This document shows positions 56,587 to 64,000 of a stretch of 64,000 nt of DNA, piece after piece. Within the stretch, counting starts at the first letter, position 1. The number at the start of each line of letters is the position of its first letter. The notes beneath the pieces were generated by a model. The model worked only from the letters and a program-made list of their open reading frames with translations. It did no database searches and was not told the DNA's origin. The stretch is from Planctomycetota bacterium (GTDB lineage Bacteria > Planctomycetota > B15-G4), in assembly GCA_038212275.1 (NCBI GenBank), contig JBBQUR010000014.1, positions 1 to 64,000 on the forward strand. The letters are read 5' to 3'. A program made the position numbers and the translations under genes.

Positions 56587-57489
56587 TCAGAAGCGGATGG
56601 CGTGCAGGAAGGCGTCGTGGCGATCGTTGAGCTGCTCGCGGGTGACCCGACGGAACGGCTCCACGGAGAAGTCCTGCACGGCCACGGAGGCGCACACCGT
56701 GCCCCAGGTCAGGCCGCGGCGCACGGCCTCGAGCGAGCGCTTGCCGCTCGAGGCGAGGTAGCCCATGAGTCCGCCTGCAAAGGCGTCGCCGGCGCCGGTC
56801 GGATCGCGCACGTCCGACAACGGATACGCGGGGAGCGCGAAGGTGCCCTCCGACGAGAACAGCAACGCGCCGTGCTCGCCCTTCTTGATCACCGCGAACT
56901 CCGGGCCGCGCTTCATGATCTCCAGTCCGGCGCACACGAGGTTCTTCTCGCCGGTCAGCAGGCGCGCCTCGTGCTCATTGAGCACCAGACCGTTGACGAC
57001 CTCGAGCACCTTGTTCAGCAGCTTCGGCTCCTCGGAGATCCAGAAGTCGCGCGTGTCGGCGACGGAGAAGGGATCACCCTTCACGGCGGCCAGCACGTCG
57101 AGTTGCGTCTGCGGATGATCGTTCGCGAGGAACACGTAGGGGCTGTCGCGGAACGACTCGGGCACGGCGGCCTTGTAGTCGCCCAGCACGTTGAGCGACA
57201 CGCCGAGCGTCTGCGCCGCGTTCATGTCCCCCTCGTACTTGCCCGTCCAGTGGAAGGTCTTGCCATCCTTGCTCAGCGTCAGACCGCTGATGTCGATGCC
57301 GCGCGCACCGAACTCGTCCAGCACCGCGCGCGGAAAGTCGTTGCCGACGATGCCGACCAGGCGCTGCTTCGTGAAGTAGCTGGCCGCGAAGGCGAAGAAG
57401 GTGGCCGAGCCGCCCAGCACGCGCTCGGCGCGGCCAAAGGGAGTCTCGACGGTATCGAAAGCGACGGAACCGACGACGAGCAGGGTCAT
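56587..57489 (-). CDS. PfkB/ribokinase family carbohydrate or nucleoside kinase
   Basis: VVGSVAFDTVETPFG, LGGSATF, IKKGEHG, DPTGAGDAFAGG. Confidence 0.93.
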   Translation of the reverse strand: MTLLVVGSVAFDTVETPFGRAERVLGGSATFFAFAASYFTKQRLVGIVGNDFPRAVLDEFGARGIDISGLTLSKDGKTFHWTGKYEGDMNAAQTLGVSLNVLGDYKAAVPESFRDSPYVFLANDHPQTQLDVLAAVKGDPFSVADTRDFWISEEPKLLNKVLEVVNGLVLNEHEARLLTGEKNLVCAGLEIMKRGPEFAVIKKGEHGALLFSSEGTFALPAYPLSDVRDPTGAGDAFAGGLMGYLASSGKRSLEAVRRGLTWGTVCASVAVQDFSVEPFRRVTREQLNDRHDAFLHAIRF

Positions 57490-57599
57490 GAGCACATCCG
57501 TGATGGAAGAATGGGAAGCGGAAAAGAGGCGAGCCCGGAATCGCGCGTGCCGGCACGCTGTCGCAGCGGACCGCCGGCGCGATCGCCGGACATGGACGT

Positions 57600-58703
57600 T
57601 CAGGCGGTGGAGCCGTCCGCCGAGTCGGCGGGTGGCTTGGGATGTTTCTTGCGATCGAGCACGAGGAAGATGCCGCCGAGCAGCGACGAGATCATCGCCG
57701 TGAGACGATACGTGAGCGACAACGCGACGGCATCGCCGCCCGCCACGCCGACGAGGCCGAAGAAATGCTTGAAGGCCGCTTCGCCGACGCCCATGCCCGC
57801 CGGCGCGATCGGCAGCGACGAGATGATCATGATGATCGGCACGGTCGAGCAGTAGACGTCGATGCCGAGCGCGCCGAGAGCGTCGAGCTCGCCCTGGCGC
57901 GCCGCGGTGTCCTCGACCGAGAGCCCCGGCGCGGGCGTGTTGCCGTGCGCGATCGCGCCGCCGAAGAGCCAGATGCCCACGATGAGCAACAGGTGCACGG
58001 CGAAGGACATGAGCAGGGCGATTGCGATCGTGCCCATGCGGTCGCGATAGATCGAGATCGCACGGTCGAGCTTGACCAGCATGCCCGGGCTGTCGCCGTC
58101 GGCGGGCTTTCCCTCGCGACCGAAGCGAGCCAGCAGCGATTTCAGGAAGGCCTTCACGCGCCGCGAGAGCACCAGCGCCGTGCCGATGGCCGTGGCGCCG
58201 AGGAATCCGTAGATGCCCAGCGCCGCCTGCCCGAAGCGGGCGAAGTCGAAGGGAATGACCACCGCGGCGATGAGCGCAAGCGCGACGATGCCGATGATGC
58301 GGTCCACGATCACGGAGATGACCGCGTCGGCGCGCTGGTTGGGATGCTCGCGCGTGACGTAGATGGCCTTCACCAGGTCGCCGCCCGTCAGGCCCGGCAC
58401 GATGTTGTTGAAGAAGACGCCGATCCAGCCGAGGCGGAAGACGCTCCACATCGTCGTGTCGAGGCCCACCGAGCGCATGAGCACGTACCAGCGCAGGATG
58501 GAGATGCAGGTCCCGATGAAAATGGCGAGGAAGCCCAGCACCCACGTGCCCATGTGGATGTTCTGCAGGCTCTCGCTCACCGTGTCGAAGCCGACGGAAT
58601 GCAGCACCCACCACATGAGCCCGCCGGCGAAAGCCAGCTTGGCGATGTTCAGCAGGATGCCGCGCGTGCGGTGCGGCGCGGGGGGACTCTGCGTGTCGCT
58701 CAC
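57600..58703 (-). CDS. Lysylphosphatidylglycerol synthase TM-domain (UPF0104 flippase-like) protein
   Basis: RWYVLM, FFNNIVPGLTGGDLVK, DRIIG, PIAPAGMGVGE; GTGA overlap. Confidence 0.88.
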   Translation of the reverse strand: MSDTQSPPAPHRTRGILLNIAKLAFAGGLMWWVLHSVGFDTVSESLQNIHMGTWVLGFLAIFIGTCISILRWYVLMRSVGLDTTMWSVFRLGWIGVFFNNIVPGLTGGDLVKAIYVTREHPNQRADAVISVIVDRIIGIVALALIAAVVIPFDFARFGQAALGIYGFLGATAIGTALVLSRRVKAFLKSLLARFGREGKPADGDSPGMLVKLDRAISIYRDRMGTIAIALLMSFAVHLLLIVGIWLFGGAIAHGNTPAPGLSVEDTAARQGELDALGALGIDVYCSTVPIIMIISSLPIAPAGMGVGEAAFKHFFGLVGVAGGDAVALSLTYRLTAMISSLLGGIFLVLDRKKHPKPPADSADGSTA

Positions 58704-59263
58704 GGAACGGGCCGCACCTTTCCGGCCGCGTGCGCCGCCGACTGCAGTTCCTCGGCGTAGAGCCGCGCCACCGCCGCGAGGAACTCGCGCGGCCGGATGC
58801 GCAGGTCGCGCAGCCCGGCCGTCGCCACGGGGGTGCCCTCGATGTCCACGTTGACCGCGAAGTGCAGCAGCGACCCGCGGGGCGAACGCGTGACCACCGA
58901 CACCGACAGCTTGCCGGTGCCGACGTACAGGTCGTTCCCGCGCACGTCCACGACCACGCCGCTGCGCGACGCGATCCACTGCGCCGCGAGACGCACGAGC
59001 ACACGCTGGCGCCAGACGGCTTCCGGCAGGTCCAGCCCCGGATGCTCAAGGATGACGTGCGCCATCTCGGGGCTGTAGATGACCGCACCGGCCTCGGCAT
59101 CTTCGAGATCCACCAGGTGCTCGCGCGGCACGTCGGCCTCGCCGCGGAACAGCACCATGACGTCGTCGCGGCCCGCGACGTCCGGCGCGTGAGCCGTCAC
59201 GAACGCGGTGCAGAGCTGCAGGCCGTCGTAGCGCAGCGGCTGATCAAGCTGGACGATCTTCAT
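58700..59263 (-). CDS. DUF366 family protein (biotin/lipoate ligase-like fold)
   Basis: YDGLQL, FRGEADV..LVDLED, I.S..M.H.I.EH, RQR.L, RGNDLY..KLSVSV, HFAVN; ATGA overlap. Confidence 0.8.
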   Translation of the reverse strand: MKIVQLDQPLRYDGLQLCTAFVTAHAPDVAGRDDVMVLFRGEADVPREHLVDLEDAEAGAVIYSPEMAHVILEHPGLDLPEAVWRQRVLVRLAAQWIASRSGVVVDVRGNDLYVGTGKLSVSVVTRSPRGSLLHFAVNVDIEGTPVATAGLRDLRIRPREFLAAVARLYAEELQSAAHAAGKVRPVP

Positions 59264-60219
59264 CCGGAGTGTCGCGCCAGCAGTTCCCGGATGCGGATCT
59301 TCACGGCGACATCCGTCGACGCCGTCAGCGGTTCGACCGCAGCCTGCAGGTCGGCAGCGGACAGCCCCGGCGCGATCACCTCCAGGCTTTCCAGCGCGGC
59401 GAGCACGACGGCCGAGTCGTTCTCCCGCGCCAGCACGCCACCGACGAGCGCGAGCCCGTTGTCGGGATGCAGGTAGCGCGCGGAGCGCAAGGCCTCCTCG
59501 CGCACGACCGGATACGGATCGGACGCAGCGTGCAGCGTGACGAGCACCAGCGCATGACGCAGGCTCGGCACCATGCCGTCGCCGAAGATCTTGCCGAGCT
59601 TGTCGCCTTCCCCGAAGCGCGCCTTGCGTGACAGCGCCTGCGTCAGCACGACCTCGGACATGGCCACCGCGATCTCGGGCACCTCCGTCGGCGCGTGGAA
59701 GTTCGCGAGCCAGAGCGCAAGCTCGAGCGTCTCGGCGGAGTAGACGGGCGCTCCGGGCGGTGCCCCCAGCACGGTGGCGCCATCGGCCTGCGCGGACGCC
59801 ACCGCCAGCCCGGCCGCAACGTCGTCCGCTTCGACGATGAGCTCCTCGAGGCGCTGCGTGCGCTTGTTGAAATCCGGCTTTTCCAGCGTGTCGACGCGGA
59901 AGGGCTCGACTGGCAGATAGGCCGCCAGCAGCCAGGCCGAACGCAGTGCGTCGGCGCGCACCATCGAGGACGGATTCTTCAGCACGAGGCGGAGCAGGTC
60001 CGGCTCGGCCAGCAGTCGGGTCTCGTCGCCCTCGTTCTGCTGCCCGAGACCCTGCACCGCGACGATCATGCGCTCGAAGGAGTCCTTCGGCATCTCGCCG
60101 AGGCGCCACTGGCCATCGATGGTGATGATCTCCTTCCGCATCTCGGAGGGAGAGGTGCACGCCGCCAGGCCTCCCGCCAACAGGCACAGGCACAGCAGCG
60201 ACGTCCGCACTCGGCGCAT
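59260..60219 (-). CDS. HEAT-repeat lipoprotein
   Basis: LAAC lipobox; HEAT-like NPSSMVRADAL, DPYPVVREEAL, NDSAVVLAALESL, DVAVK. Confidence 0.75.
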   Translation of the reverse strand: MRRVRTSLLCLCLLAGGLAACTSPSEMRKEIITIDGQWRLGEMPKDSFERMIVAVQGLGQQNEGDETRLLAEPDLLRLVLKNPSSMVRADALRSAWLLAAYLPVEPFRVDTLEKPDFNKRTQRLEELIVEADDVAAGLAVASAQADGATVLGAPPGAPVYSAETLELALWLANFHAPTEVPEIAVAMSEVVLTQALSRKARFGEGDKLGKIFGDGMVPSLRHALVLVTLHAASDPYPVVREEALRSARYLHPDNGLALVGGVLARENDSAVVLAALESLEVIAPGLSAADLQAAVEPLTASTDVAVKIRIRELLARHSG

Positions 60220-60403
60220 GAAGACTTCCAGGGTTGAGGGGCGTGCCGACCGGAGCGGGCGGATCGATGCAAGGCGTATCGGCCGCAGCCGATCGGGGGA
60301 GACACCACGAGGCCCGGGGATTATCAGGGTCCGCTTGCTGCCATCAAGGCCGACGAGCCCGGCCCGGGCGACTTCGGATCGCGGGCGACGGGCGGAGACA
60401 TCG

Positions 60404-60761
60404 TGGTGGAGGCGGCGGGAATCGAACCCGCGTCCCAAAGCGCCCCTGCTCAGGCCTCTACGTGCATAGTCGGTCTACGTACTGCGTCGCAGCGAGGCCC
60501 CCCGGCCGACAGGGTCCTCTTCGCCGCCAGCTCGATTGATCTCGCCATGGCCCTCCGAGCAGAAGGACTTCCGGCCAGCCCACTGATGTCGTCTCTCCGG
60601 TCCCGTGGGCGAGGTCCGGAGAGACGGGTTACCTGGTTCTCAGGCAGCCAGAGCGTAACTGTTGTTGGCAGTTATCATTTTCCAGGGGTTTTACGAGGCC
60701 TCCTGGAACCTCGGCACGCCACCTGGGCAGGACGGCCACTCGGTCGAAACCGATCGCCCCC
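60404..60761 (-). ncRNA. ssrA: tmRNA (one-piece); tag peptide (A)ANNSYALAA at 60669-60640
   Basis: 5' GGGGGCGATCGGTTTCGAC; 3' T arm GGGTTCGATTCCC and CGCCTCCACCA with G3.U pair; resume context ATAACT-GCC; adjacent to smpB. Confidence 0.96.
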
Positions 60762-60833
60762 CATGCACGAATGACGCTCGCAGGATAGCACGCTGTGCCG
60801 ACACGGCGCGCGGAGGCACGCGGCGGCCTGCGC

Positions 60834-61307
60834 TCAGCGGCGCTCGCGCCCCACGCGGTCGATGTCGCGCTGCGCCTCGCGCCGCTTGATGGCCTCGCGC
60901 TTGTCGCCCTTCCTGAGCCCCTTGGCCACGGCCACTTCGAGCTTGGCCCACGGCCCCTTGAAGTACACGGAGAGCGGAATGAGCGTCAGGCCCTTCTCCT
61001 TCTTGATGCGGGCCTCGAGCTTGCGGATCTCCAGCCGGTTGAGCAGCAGGAGGCGGTCGCGCCGCGTTGGCAGCGCCGCGCTCGAGTCGTGGCTGTAGGG
61101 CGAGATCTCGAGGTTGCAGACCGTCGGCCGGCCACCCCGCAGCGCGACGTAGGCATCCGTGAGGTTGCCCTTGCCTTCGCGGAGCGCCTTGGCCTCGGAG
61201 CCCGTCAGCACCATGCCGAGTTCGTAGTGCTCCAGCAGTTCGTAGTCGAATCGAGCCTTGCGGTTCACGCAGACCGTCTTGAGGCTTTGAGGCTTGCGCT
61301 GGCTCAT
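60834..61307 (-). CDS. smpB: SsrA-binding protein
   Basis: NRKARFDY, ELGMVLTGSEAKALR, RDRLLLL.R.EI, LTLIPLSVYFK, AKG..DKRE.IK. Start 61307 or 61316. Confidence 0.96.
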   Translation of the reverse strand: MSQRKPQSLKTVCVNRKARFDYELLEHYELGMVLTGSEAKALREGKGNLTDAYVALRGGRPTVCNLEISPYSHDSSAALPTRRDRLLLLNRLEIRKLEARIKKEKGLTLIPLSVYFKGPWAKLEVAVAKGLRKGDKREAIKRREAQRDIDRVGRERR

Positions 61308-61389
61308 CGCGTGCATTGTGAGGGGCCTTGTCCGAACAGCAAGGGGCCACCCCGCCCGGTCTTCGCTCCACGAAGCGCCGTCCCGACCC

Positions 61390-61417
61390 TTGCGTCCGGC
61401 AGACCGCTGCCTACAAT
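61390..61417 (+). promoter_or_regulatory. Putative sigma-70 promoter of tRNA-Leu(CAG)
   Basis: TTGCGT-N16-TACAAT, 16 nt before the tRNA. Confidence 0.55.
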
Positions 61418-61433
61418 CCCTCCCCGCTTCCGT

Positions 61434-61520
61434 GCCGAAGTGGCGGAATTGGCAGACGCGCTAGATTCAGGGTCTAGTTGTGGCAACACAGTGGGGGTTC
61501 AAGTCCCCCCTTCGGCACCA
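61434..61520 (+). tRNA. tRNA-Leu(CAG)
   Basis: GCCGAAG/CTTCGGC, CTAGA-TTCAGGG-TCTAG, long variable arm, TTCAAGT, CCA. Confidence 0.96.
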
Positions 61521-61606
61521 GCCGCTCGCGCACGAGGCGCAGCGGCCACGCGCGGCGACTCGCTGCGCACACGGCAGATCGCAGCGCGGCCCGCGCTGCG
61601 GAGGCC

Positions 61607-63325
61607 TCAGCGCGCAGGCGCCCCCGCCGGGCTGCCGGCCTTCGCCCGGTCGGCCTCGGCCCGCTCGGCCTCGGCAGCGCTCAGGCACTGCTCGAGCATC
61701 TGCTCCGTGCCCGGACGGGCGTGTCCCGTCTCGAGGGCGCGCAGGAAGAGCTGGCTCGCTTCCCTCCAGCGCTGCTCGGCCGCATGCCACTGGGCGATGT
61801 TCTCCAGCACGGCGGGTTCCTTCCCATGGCGCTGCAGCAGGCGGTCGGCAGCGATGAAGGCGTCGTCGCGCCTCTGCAGCATCGCCAGAGACAGGAAGCG
61901 ATTGAGCTCGGCCTGAGTCTGGCCAGGCTGCAGCGTCAGCGCGGCGTCGAAGGCGGCCAGCGCAGCCAGGCCCAGGTGCCTCGCCAGGATCGGATCGTCC
62001 GCGTCCCGTTGCTGCTCGAGCAGCGCGACACCCAGGTGATTCCACAGGTTCGGCGAGCGCGGCGCTGCCGCGAGACCGGCTCGCGCGAAGGCCTCGTCGG
62101 AACTCCACGCGAGCGACGCCTGGTTGGCCAGCACGCCGAGGGGCACCGCGAGCGCCACGGCGAGCGCAGCGCCGAGCAGCGGCCGACGTGCCAGCGGCCG
62201 GCGCAGCAACCAGCCGACCAGCACGGCCGGTCCCGCCAGCGCCGCGTACAGGTAGCGATCGTAGAGAGGCGCGGCGACCTCGGCATATCCCGTCGGGAAG
62301 CGCTTCCACGGCGCGAGCATCACCATCGTGCCCAGCAGCAGCAGCAGCGCGAACCCCGGCACGAGAGCGTGCTGACGCCAGGCGCTCAGCGTCAGCGCCG
62401 AGAGCAGCAGCAGCACGACGACTCCAGGCAGCAAGAGAGTCGAAGACCATGCGCCGACCTCCGCAACCGGATGGATCGGAGTGGCCGGCCCGGGCAGCAG
62501 CAGCAGGCGCAGCATGTCGGGCAGGATCGAGAGCCACGTGTACCAGCGCGCAAGGTCCGACTGCGGTCCGGTGTAGGCGCCCGGCTGCAGCGTGCCGTGG
62601 AAGAGCGCACCTCGCAGCATGGCGTAGGCCAGCAGCGCCAGGCCTGCAACCAGCGCGCCGCGTCGAGCGCCGCGTCCGGCAAGCATGGACAGCGGCCATG
62701 CCAGCAGCACGAAGAGCACGGCCGATTCCTTGCACAGCAGAGCCGCCAGAAGCAGCAGCACGGCCGCGAGGGCCGAGGCCTTCCCGCGCCCGTCGGCCTG
62801 CCCGTCGGCCAGTCCCGCAGCAGGCCTCCTCAGCACGGCGAGGAGCCCGCCGAAGCCGAACAGCGTGGCAGCGAGATCGCCGCGTCCCGAGATCCACGCC
62901 ACCGACTCGGCGTGCACCGGATGCGTCGCGAAGAGCGCTGCCGCCACGAGGGCGGCAGCTTCGGGCAGGCCGAGGACAAGCAACAGGCGGAAGAGCATCA
63001 ACGTGGCGGCCGCGTGCAATGCCAGGTTGACGAGGTGAGCGAACCACGTCGCCGCCACGGGATCCCAGCCCGTGAGCACCATGTCCGCTCGGTCGCTCAG
63101 CAGCACCAGCGGGCGCCAGAAACCCGTCTGCCCCAGCGGCTCGTCCGGCGTGCCGAACAGATCCGCACGCAGCAGCACGCCAAGGCCGACCCCGGGGGTG
63201 CCTGCGAGGCTGCCGTATCCGCGCAGGTTCACGTCGTCGTGGACAAGCGGTGCGTGGCGCGTGCCCGCGAACGGCAGCACCGCGCACAGCAGCAGCAGTC
63301 CGAGGCTCCAGCGTCCCAAGCTCAT
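61607..63325 (-). CDS. TMTC-like GT-C membrane protein (putative protein O-mannosyltransferase) with C-terminal TPR
   Basis: VHDD, FWRPL, HLVNLALHA, FATHPVHAESVAWISGRGDL, LCKESAV, DRYLY, W.S followed by TPRs. Confidence 0.85.
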   Translation of the reverse strand: MSLGRWSLGLLLLCAVLPFAGTRHAPLVHDDVNLRGYGSLAGTPGVGLGVLLRADLFGTPDEPLGQTGFWRPLVLLSDRADMVLTGWDPVAATWFAHLVNLALHAAATLMLFRLLLVLGLPEAAALVAAALFATHPVHAESVAWISGRGDLAATLFGFGGLLAVLRRPAAGLADGQADGRGKASALAAVLLLLAALLCKESAVLFVLLAWPLSMLAGRGARRGALVAGLALLAYAMLRGALFHGTLQPGAYTGPQSDLARWYTWLSILPDMLRLLLLPGPATPIHPVAEVGAWSSTLLLPGVVVLLLLSALTLSAWRQHALVPGFALLLLLGTMVMLAPWKRFPTGYAEVAAPLYDRYLYAALAGPAVLVGWLLRRPLARRPLLGAALAVALAVPLGVLANQASLAWSSDEAFARAGLAAAPRSPNLWNHLGVALLEQQRDADDPILARHLGLAALAAFDAALTLQPGQTQAELNRFLSLAMLQRRDDAFIAADRLLQRHGKEPAVLENIAQWHAAEQRWREASQLFLRALETGHARPGTEQMLEQCLSAAEAERAEADRAKAGSPAGAPAR

Positions 63326-63491
63326 GTCTCCGCCGAGTCGTCCGGCGCGGCATCATCCGGGGACGGCCCTCGCGACGCACGCCTTCTCCGTGACCGTCGG
63401 GCGCCGGCCTCGCGGGCCGGAACGCCGGCGCCGCAGACCCGCCGCACGACGTGCTGTTGCCCGGTCCGCGGGCCGAGTCTAACGTGAGGAG

Positions 63492-64000
63492 ATGCTGCGA
63501 TGGCTGCTCGTTCGTCTCCGTTCCCGTGGCACCCTCCTCGGGCTGCTCGCACTGCTCACTCCGCTCGGCTCGATCCGGGCGCAGGACGTACCACCCGCCC
63601 TGCCAGGCGAGGTGCTGAGCGAGCCGGCCAGTTCCACGGCACCCGATGCGACGACTCCTGCAGCCAGGCCCGCACCGACCCCGCGCGAGCTCGGCGAGAA
63701 GGTGCTCGACCACGCGGCGACGTTCCAGCGTGGCGACGTGCCGCAGGCGACACCAGCCTCGCTGCACGGGCGCTTCAGCGTCGGCCTGCGCGACAAGGAC
63801 GGGTCGATGATCCGCGCCCTCGCCGAGCGCTGGTTCACCACGACACCCGAGCGCATGTACACCCACCGCACGGAAGCTCTGACCGGCTCCGCATCAGGCG
63901 TCGGCTGGAACGGCAGCAAGGCCTGGTTCCGCGACGACATCGACAAGCGCGTCATCCTCTACACCGACGCGCCCGACACCTTCTCGGTGGACCTCGACCT
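63492..64000 (+). CDS. Exported hypothetical protein (partial, runs off the window)
   Basis: Manual reading: MLRWLLVRLRSRGTLLGLLALLTPLGSIRA-QDVPP...GVGWNGSKAWFRD...; open to the window end with GC3-rich codons; start uncertain. Confidence 0.6.
   Translation, partial: MLRWLLVRLRSRGTLLGLLALLTPLGSIRAQDVPPALPGEVLSEPASSTAPDATTPAARPAPTPRELGEKVLDHAATFQRGDVPQATPASLHGRFSVGLRDKDGSMIRALAERWFTTTPERMYTHRTEALTGSASGVGWNGSKAWFRDDIDKRVILYTDAPDTFSVDLD

Noticed and set aside
56587..60438. Long track ORFs suggesting fused proteins (837, 459, 497, 392 aa)
   Set aside because: The N-terminal extensions are off-frame overlaps with upstream genes or with tmRNA; the true starts are 57489, 58703, 59263 and 60219.
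63486..63530. Possible frameshift at the start of the last ORF (RBS spacing fits the out-of-frame ATG at 63500 better)
   Set aside because: The in-frame ATG at 63492 already gives a plausible signal peptide; this cannot be resolved without reads or homologs.

Overview
High-GC bacterial chromosomal window. It is most consistent with a Planctomycetota/PVC organism, inferred from the eukaryote-type UDP-GlcNAc pyrophosphorylase, the secretin-like N-domain protein and the many lipoprotein/TPR proteins. The first ~50 bp are low-complexity poly-G, probably a contig-end artefact. The left two-thirds are accessory and envelope genes: many peptidases (DUF885, S9A, SprT-like, M12B, M20, S8, TPR-CHAT, S10), an ECF sigma/zinc anti-sigma/duplicated secretin-like operon, Gld-like and NatAB-like ABC systems, TetR-hemH, rsmJ, a GT-C membrane protein behind a Fur-box-like site, a degenerate nucleotidase-tetraheme cytochrome-TPR lipoprotein, NifU, a very basic secreted protein, a sulfatase-like protein and a radical SAM/DUF547 fusion. 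The right third is housekeeping on the minus strand: smpB, ssrA (tag ANNSYALAA), a HEAT lipoprotein-DUF366-flippase-pfkB cluster, recA, alaS, and rpmF-plsX-fabH-fabD-fabG-acpP-fabF-UAP-ddl-dapB. There are three tRNAs (Val-CAC, Leu-CAA, Leu-CAG). No integrase, transposase or CRISPR array was seen. The best novel-system candidates are the ECF/anti-sigma/double-secretin module (5.4-9.8 kb), the tRNA-Val-adjacent S8 + Cys-rich lipoprotein + TPR-CHAT protease islet (32.3-40.5 kb) and the pseudo-nucleotidase/tetraheme fusion (25.1-27.3 kb). All family calls are by motif recognition by eye; no searches were run.
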